A stretch of DNA of 29,824 bases, from the NCBI RefSeq assembly GCF_006345805.1, contig NW_021832711.1:1-29824 (forward strand), in the 5' to 3' direction. A program made the translations under genes and the position numbers. Each line of letters begins with the position of its first letter. Position 1 is the first letter of the stretch. Shown piece by piece: positions 22,706 to 29,824 of this stretch. Origin of the DNA: Octopus sinensis. Lineage: Eukaryota. Below the pieces are notes generated by a model, which saw only the letters and a program-made list of their open reading frames with translations, ran no database searches and was not told the origin of the DNA.

Positions 22706-25031
22706 GAATGACAGAAGTTGATTGTTATTAACGATTAAGAGTATGACGACAGGGTAATCCCCCGGTCCATCAGGAATTACTGCAGAGATGCTCAAAATAT
22801 CTGGCAGTGTCGGCTATAGCCTAGTCACACGTAAAGTTAACCAGTTGATACACGAAGGAGTCATACCCAATGACTGGTGTAGCAGTATAATAGTCAACTG
22901 CTACAAAGGTAAAGGTGATGCTTTAGATACAAATAATTACAGTGGTATCAAGCTGTTGGATCAGGTAATGAAGGTTACGGAGACGGCCATAGCCCAACTA
23001 ATTAGGGAGAGAGTCAGATTGGATGAGATGCAGTTTGGTTTTGTGTCAGGGAAAAACACCACTGATGCTATATTCCTGGTAAGACAGCTGCAGGAAAAAT
23101 ACCTAGCCAAAGATAAGCCCCTGTACCAGGCTTTCGTTGACATGGAGGAAGCCTTTGACAGGGTCCCCCGATCCCTTATCTGGTGATCATTGAGAAAACT
23201 AGGGATAGCGAATGGTTAGTGAGAGGCGTGCAAGCCATGTACAGGGACGCTGTCACTAAGGTGAGGGCTGGCAACGAGTACACTGAAGAATTCAGGGTAG
23301 AGGTAGGGTTCAACCAGGGTTCAGTCCTCAGCCACCTCCTATTTATCAGAGTCCTCCAGCAATAACGGAGGAATTCAAGACAGGATGCCCCTGGGACCTC
23401 CTTTATGCTGATGACCCTGTTCTAATTGCTGAGTCACTATCAGAACTAGAGGAAAAGTTTCAGGTGTGGAAACAAGGATTAGAATCGAAGGGCCTTAGAG
23501 TCAACCTAGCTAAAACCAAAGTCCTAATAAGTAGGAAGGCAGGCAAACCACAAATCTCTTCAGGTAGATGGCCCTGCTCGATCTGTAGTAGAGGCGTAGG
23601 TAGAAACTCTATAAGATGTACCCAGTGTAAGCTATGGACACATAAGTGGTGCAGTAATATCAAAGGAAGGCTAACGGGGAAGATAGTTTTGTATGTGGCA
23701 GATGCTCGGGAGCAATAAGCACTGAAAATGTGCAGAGAACAACTGCCACATTCCAGGGAGGTAAACTAGAAGTAGTTGATAGCTTCCGTTACCTAGGTGA
23801 CCAGGTCAGTAGCGGGGGAGGGTGTGCTGAAAGTGTAGCTGCTAGAATAAAAATAGCTTGGGCAAAGTTCAGTGAGCTCTTACCCCTGCTGGTGACAAAG
23901 GGCCTCTCGCTCAGAGTAAAAGGTAGACTGTATGACGCTTGTGTACGAACAGCCATGCTACATGGCAGTGAAACATGGGCTGTGACTGCTGAGGACATGC
24001 ATAAGCTCGCAAGGAATGAAGCCAGTATGATCCGATGGATGTGTAATGTCAGTGTGCATACTCGACAGAGTGTGAGTACCATGAGAGAAATGTTGGACCT
24101 AAGAAGCATCAGATGTGGTGTGCAAGAGAGACGACTACGCTGGTATGGTCATGTGGCGAGAATGGATGAGGATAGATGTGTGAAAAAGTGCCACACCCTA
24201 GCGGTTGAGTGAACCTGTGGAAGAAGTAGACCCTGGAAGACCTGGGATGAAGTGGTGAAGCACGACCTTCGAAATTTAGACCTCACTAAAGAAATGACTA
24301 GTGACCGAGACTTTTGGAAATATGCTGTTCGTGAGAAGACCCGGCAAGCCAAATGAGACCATAATCTCGTGGCCTATGCCAGGAGCGTAACCAGCCCACT
24401 TATTCGTAACTTTTCCTTCTTTGGACACCAAAACTCTGCTTGCGAATACCTGTTGAGGCAAGTGAAATTAAAATCAAAATCAAATTCGATGACTGACGTC
24501 CGTGCTAGCGGGGTGCAAAGAGCACCATACGAGTGTGATCATTGACAGAGCGGCTAACCGGCTTCCGTGCAAGTGGCTCTTAAAAGGCACCATTCGAATG
24601 TGATCGTTACCAGCGTCGCCTTACTGGTACTCGAGTCCCGTGCTAGTAGAGTATTAAGAGCACCATCCGAGCGTGATCGTTGCCAGGGTGGCTATCTGGC
24701 CTCTGTGCCGGTGGCACGTAAAAGACACCATTTGAGTATAATCGTTACCAGCATCGCCTTACTGGCACCTGTGCCGGTGGCATGTGTAAAAGATTCGAGC
24801 GAGGTCGTTGCCAGTACCGCCTGACTGGTCCCGTGCCGGTGGCACATAAAAGCACCCACTACACGCTCGGAGTGGTTGGTGTTAGGAAGGGCATCCAGCT
24901 GTAGAAACTCTGCCACATCAAGATTGAAGCCTGGTGCAGCCATCTGGTTCGCCAGCCCTTAGTCAAATCTTCCAACCCATGCTAGCATGGAAAGCGGGCG
25001 TTAAACGATAATGATTATGGTGATGATGATG
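22706..25031 (+). mobile_element. Duplicate RTE-clade LINE
   Basis: ORF fragments 22788-24212 identical to 4615-6039; 3' UTR diverged from about 24496. Confidence 0.92.
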
Positions 25032-25530
25032 TACGTTGGGCTGAGATTGGTCGAGGAAGGTCACACGATATCGTGGTTTGATATTGGTGTATGGGTAAAA
25101 GTTAGTTGGAAAATGTCACATGAAGAACAGGAAATTGACCACGTGGAGTGCAGGAAATAGACGATGTGATGATTAGAAATCGGTTTGGATATTGGGGTGT
25201 AAGTAGAAGGGGGTGGGCGTGAATATGCAAGTTCTATATGTGGATGTGTAGACAGTCTCATATAACTTTGCGTGTATCTGTATAGCGATGCGAATGAGCG
25301 TATCTATACATGGGAGCTCACGCACAAGTTTGCACACGCACACAAACACACACGCTTGGACAAACATGCAGGCGCACGTAAACACACATACACACATATA
25401 GGTAAGCATGCACACAAGCATGCGAATGCATATGTACATATGAATGAATACTCATGTGTGTATATGGGCGTATGCGCGTGTATGTGTGTTTGTGTGTGTG
25501 CTCGCGTTTCTCCAAGCAAGTGTGTGTATA

Positions 25531-25562
<32 letters not shown>

Positions 25563-25676
25563 GTGTGTGTGTGTGTGTGTGTGTTGTGTGTGTGAGTGTC
25601 TGTGTGTATTTGTGTGTAAGTCTGTGGGCGCCCATGTACATGAGCGCACATAAAGTTTGCTAAAAGTGACACCTAC

Positions 25677-25727
25677 CTTTATTTTGCATCATATTGTATA
25701 TACTCAGTTTTGGTGTTTCCCCAGTCT
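25677..25727 (-). CDS. Cytoplasmic micro-exon class T, copy 2 (51 nt, phase 1-1): (E)TGETPKLSIYNMMQNK
   Basis: ctgtcttatttttttctcag|AGACTGGGG...CAAAATAAAG|gtaggtgtca. Open frame, splice context shared with the other micro-exons, in frame with the TM exon. Confidence 0.72.
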
Positions 25728-25912
25728 CTGAGAAAAAAATAAGACAGTGAAAGGCATTTAAGTAAATTATAAATTAATAACATTTAATGAAAATATACAA
25801 TAAATGTTCTAATACAATGAATATTTTATCATAAACATTCAGAAATTTAATGAAAATTTATAAAATTGGAAAAATTCGATTTTTCTAATGCGCGTCGAGG
25901 TTTATTAGTCAA

Positions 25913-26608
25913 GGGTCACCATAACCTTCTTTTTAAAGAACTTAGGTTTAGGGAAGTTTTTCGATGCTTCATTTTGGTGCAACCACTGCGAAGTTCGTTC
26001 TTTTTATTATTAGTGTACACAATCCACTTTTCATCGCAGGATACAATACGGTCGAGAAATGCATCGGTCTAGTTACGGAGAAGAAGCGATGAACAAATTT
26101 TCTGATTTCAATTGAAATCGTAGGGTACCCATTTGTCGAAATGTTTTGAATTTCCGATCGCTGGTAGTTTTCTAGCAAACTTGAAATTTATTTACCAGTT
26201 CTCGAGTGATTTTATGTGGATCTTCCTCAATGACGGGTTTTAATTAAACGTCATCGATGATACATGGGCGTTTACTACACTCATGTTTTACAGGTCTCAG
26301 GGCTCCACTGCGAAATCGTTGAAACCATTTTCGAGATGACCACTCACTGATCATTTCTTCACCAAACATTTCGTTGATATCGCGAGCAGTTTCAGCTGAT
26401 ATACATCCATTTTTGAATTGAATAGTAAAATTGTTTGAATATCGCGCTTTGACATTTCCATTTCAGATGATTGCAACAGCGGTGAAAAAATATCGATATT
26501 AATCTATCGATGCATCTGGGAAAGCCTAAGTCTGTATCATCAGACAATTGCCAAAACTTGTTTTAATAAATCAAAAAATCTACAAAATAATGCTTACTTT
26601 TGACTCAA

Positions 26609-26614
<6 letters not shown>
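25913..26614 (-). mobile_element. Duplicate mariner relic
   Basis: Colinear with 7754-8455 with a few substitutions and indels; ATG at 26461. Confidence 0.88.
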
Positions 26615-26644
<30 letters not shown>

Positions 26645-26647
<3 letters not shown>

Positions 26648-27211
26648 GGTCCCGGGTTGAGTCGGGGTTAACCACAGTAAATAAGGTACTCAATACATAG
26701 CAGAGTAAATTAATTTATTTTATAGAAGGAGCTTCTACAGGACTAGAACTGTTTCATTCAAAAGAAATCATCAGGAAGCTTGGTGATAAGAATAGTTTTG
26801 GCATTTATACATTTAGGCAGATTTAAAGTGGTGGTGGGGGGGGACTTTTTGGAGTAGGCATGGCGCAAACTGTCTTTCTTAGGGGAGTGGTCAAAAGAAT
26901 CAGTGATAAAGTATATGTATGTGTATACATAGAACACGTGCGTTTGTGTATGTGTATGAGTGTGCGTGTGAGTGTGTGTGCGTGTGTGAGTGTTTGTGTT
27001 CGTATCAGTGGGAAGAAAGATAGTAAGGAAGGGAGAGGGGCAATAAATGGTTTTTTAGGCCGGCTAGCTCCCTCGGGAGGGTCTTACTTCAGTGCCGGCC
27101 TGGTAGCTCGAGGTCAAAATAAAAATAAAAATAAAATAAAATAAGGGAAGAAATGTGTGTGTATATGTGTGCATGTATATACATATGTATATATATGTAT
27201 ATATGTATATA

Positions 27212-27254
<43 letters not shown>

Positions 27255-27260
27255 ATATAT

Positions 27261-27311
<51 letters not shown>

Positions 27312-27944
27312 TGTGTGTGTATATATGTGTATATATATATGTGAGCGTGTGTGTATGGGGGTGTATATTCTTTTATATATATATGTGTGTAGATATATGT
27401 ATGCGTGTGCTTGCATGTTGGCATGTATGTGTGTGTGTATTTGTATATATATATATATGTGTGGATATATGTATGTGTGTATGTATGAGTATGTGTATGG
27501 GTGTGTACGTCGATGTATGTATATGGGTGCATATATATATAGATATATATATATATATGTGTGTGTATGTGTGTATATGTGTATATATATATATATTTAT
27601 ATATAGAGATATATATATATATATAAGTGATAATCTTCTTATTTACCTAAAACCCTATTCTATTTATTCTTTTATCTACTTTATCACTGATTCTTTTGAC
27701 CACTCCCCTAAGAAAGACAGTTTGCGCCATGCCTACTCCAAAAAGTCCCCCCCACCACCACCACTTTAAATCTGCCTAAATGTATAAATGCCAAAACTAT
27801 TCTTGTCACCAAGCTTCATGATGATTTCTTTTGAATGAAACAGTTCTAGTCCTGTAGAAGCTCCTTCTATAAAATAAATTAATTTACTCTGCTATGTATT
27901 GAGTACCTTATTTACTGTGGTTAACCCCGACTCAACCCGGGACC

Positions 27945-27947
<3 letters not shown>
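26645..27947. mobile_element. Non-autonomous element with ~270-bp TIRs embedded in a (TA)n microsatellite
   Basis: 26645-26913 (gtaggtcccgggttgagtcggggttaacc...gataaagta) is a near-perfect reverse complement of 27677-27947; (TA)n on both sides; non-coding microsatellite interior. Confidence 0.9.
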
Positions 27948-27990
<43 letters not shown>

Positions 27991-27993
<3 letters not shown>

Positions 27994-28130
27994 TGGCCAG
28001 AATGAGTTTAAGACCGATGAAGACAGATCTATTCCTTAATTTATTTTCAACAAAGCTGTATAAAATTATTTTACTTTTTACAGCTTATGTAGGATTTCTT
28101 TCTCTTTCCAATGATACAGACGTTATATAT
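27991..28130. mobile_element. Tc1-like transposon terminal fragment
   Basis: TA|cagtggccagaatgagtttaagaccg resembles a Tc1 TIR (CAGTG start after TA); no partner end found. Confidence 0.5.
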
Positions 28131-28146
28131 CTTTCTACAATTCGAT

Positions 28147-28262
28147 ATATGCTCAGTGACATTTCATCCGTCTTTATGTTCTTTGTTTAAATTCTAGACT
28201 GATAAAATAAATAACACTTGTGTACTTGGGTCGACGTAAACGATTTGCCCCTGCCCCATTTC
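28147..28262 (+). mobile_element. Degenerate, internally deleted CORE-type SINE fragment
   Basis: catttcatccgtctttatgttc...gataaaataaataacac...gggtcgacgtaaacga resembles the copy at 28310. Confidence 0.5.
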
Positions 28263-28309
28263 TGCTGGCCTTCAAACATAATTTTAAAATCTATATTTAG
28301 CTTTAGTAA

Positions 28310-28520
28310 GGCGGTAAGTTGGTAGAATCGGAAGCACACCGGACAAAATAATTACTAGCATTTGGTCCATCATTAATTTCTGAGTTCCACTTCCACCGAG
28401 ATCAACTTCGCCTTTTAGAATTTCGGGGTCATTAATATAAGTACAAGCTAAGCAATGGGGTTGATGTAATCGACTCAGCTCCTCTCCGGAAATTGCTGAC
28501 CTTGTGTGTAAATATGAAAC
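28310..28520 (+). mobile_element. tRNA-derived CORE-type SINE
   Basis: A-box-like TGGTAGAATCGG, B-box-like GAGTTCCACTTCC, CORE-like tttcggggtc...ataagtac, tail ggggttgatgtaatcgact...ccttgtg. Confidence 0.7.
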
Positions 28521-28621
28521 TAATTAACACTTAAACCAACGGTAGATACCCAAAGCAAGTACTAATCGGGTACGAAGCACCTAAAACAAATATTTTAAAT
28601 AAATGTCTAAAATCAAAATAC

Positions 28622-28744
28622 CTCTTTTATATTTGCGAGTTTTCATTATAATCCAGGGCAGAAAACATCCAAGAATGAACAGAAGTGGAAATAAAACCAC
28701 GAAGACTATGATCACAGTATAACTTATTGGCGTAGGATTTTTAC
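28622..28744 (-). CDS. Transmembrane exon (123 nt, phase 1-1) of a probable single-pass type I membrane receptor
   Basis: Minus strand reads gatttttttttcag|GTAAAAATCC...TATAAAAGAG|gtattt. Open frame (G)KNPTPISYTVIIVFVVLFPLLFILGCFLPWIIMKTRKYKR: ~25 hydrophobic residues followed by the basic cluster KTRKYKR (positive-inside rule). Unique, non-repeat sequence. Confidence 0.8.
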
Positions 28745-28937
28745 CTGAAAAAAAATCACGAAAGAATATTTCAATATGCTAAGCCTTATAATACAATACC
28801 GTACAAAAATCTTCGGTCACTTAAAACTATTGTAAACTTGTAAACTTCTACTAATTGTCAAATTATAAGTGGACATTTTGCATTGCATTTTTTACAGAAT
28901 AAATGTTGGCCCTGTTGGAGTTAATTCCATATCTAAC

Positions 28938-28960
28938 CATTATATTTTGTAGTAGCGGTT
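28938..28960 (-). CDS. Candidate 23-nt stalk micro-exon upstream of the TM exon (TATTKYN-G)
   Basis: Strong polypyrimidine acceptor tttcgcatcttcccttctaattcag|AACCGC; non-consensus donor AATG|gttaga; joins the TM exon in frame. Speculative. Confidence 0.25.
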
Positions 28961-28997
28961 CTGAATTAGAAGGGAAGATGCGAAACGATCACCAAAA

Positions 28998-29260
28998 ATG
29001 GCCCTGCAAAAGTTTTCGGCCACCTCACATAGACCCAATAAGTGATTTAAAACAGAAACATGTCTATAATGAAAAATTGTTACATTTCAAGATGTTACAG
29101 TAAATTTTTAATATTCCGTGTGGCTTCCCTTAGCTTGAATAATTACTTCCATGTGCCTGGTTAGAAATGCATACAAAACCTTTACCATCGTCAATGGTCT
29201 GAGATGCCATTCTCTGCGGCTGAGCTCCCACAACTCTTCAGAACTGCACGGATTCTTCTA
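28998..29260 (-). mobile_element. Tc1 transposon right-end relic (transposase C-terminus plus TIR)
   Basis: Translates to SEELWELSRREW...RHMEVIIQAKGSHTEY* (Tc1 AKGGxTKY-type ending), followed by TIR-like ggtggccgaaaacttttgcagggc. Confidence 0.75.
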
Positions 29261-29399
29261 ATAAATTATTCGTCCTAATAATGCATAAATCGCTGCATAC
29301 AATTAATGCGATGGAAACAAGTGTTGGACTATTAATATATATAAAGCAACTGTAAATATATATAACATTTGGATATTCAAATTCTCTCCATTCTCCTTA

Positions 29400-29590
29400 A
29401 TATAAATTAAGTTAGCTAAGTGTGTTAATCTAGTTAAGTTCGTTGAGTTAATTACTTAAGTTAATTTAGTTAAGAAAGTTTGTTAAATTAGTTAAATCAG
29501 TTAAGTTAATTAGTTAAGTAAGTTAATTTGTTAAGTAAGTTAATTAGTTACGTAAGTTAATAAGTTAAATGAAGTTAGTTATTTAGTAAG
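29400..29590. repeat. Degenerate AGTTA/TTAAG low-complexity repeat
   Basis: Many irregular agttaag/ttagtta units. Confidence 0.8.
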
Positions 29591-29599
29591 GGATGTAGG

Positions 29600-29789
<190 letters not shown>

Positions 29790-29824
29790 AAAGAGAACCT
29801 TTCCTTCGCTGTAGAGTTGTTAAT

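Larger units (their letters stand above)
18175..26614. repeat. ~18.17-kb-period tandem duplication, matching part of copy 2
   Basis: Colinear with 1-8455; colinearity ends at the (TA)n tract starting at 26613. Confidence 0.97.

Noticed and set aside
28310-28400. tRNA gene (also 1650-1712)
   Set aside because: Degenerate Pol III boxes without a cloverleaf; these are SINE heads.
28520-28621. Acceptor tttgttttag|GTGCTTCG just after the TM exon (GASYPISTCF...)
   Set aside because: It would need a 41-nt intron, too short to be likely, and has no phase-1 donor; cannot be fully excluded without RNA data.
29109-29350. Acceptor atttacag at ~29350 as an ectodomain exon
   Set aside because: The phase-1 frame hits a stop after 14 codons and the downstream sequence is a Tc1 transposase C-terminus.

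Overview
AT-rich, microsatellite-saturated animal genomic DNA. The SINE/LINE families and (TA)/(GT)/(GAT) content point to an octopod cephalopod (inference from pattern recognition, no database search). No prokaryotic genes, rRNA, tRNA or CRISPR arrays are supported. Most ORF-track entries are microsatellite read-through or decayed transposons: RTE, CR1, R4/Dong-like RLE LINEs, Penelope, mariner/Tc1, SINEs and two TIR elements. Hidden among them on the minus strand, and missed as a gene by the ORF track, is a spliced host gene for a probable single-pass type I membrane receptor. It has a 123-nt transmembrane exon (28622-28744) followed by five paralogous, symmetric phase-1 micro-exons of 48-51 nt (25677-25727, 17636-17683, 15097-15147, 12237-12287, 7518-7568). 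These join in frame into a Tyr-motif-bearing cytoplasmic tail. The micro-exon cassette was multiplied at three scales: an ancient ~0.5-kb cassette duplication, a ~3.5-4-kb duplication at ~5.45-kb spacing, and an ~18.17-kb tandem duplication (which could be partly an assembly artefact). One duplicated micro-exon pair has diverged far faster than its flanking introns. Also notable are a Penelope-associated minimal hammerhead ribozyme in the same sense as the host pre-mRNA, and a (TA)n-embedded long-TIR element whose interior is inverted between the two 18-kb copies.
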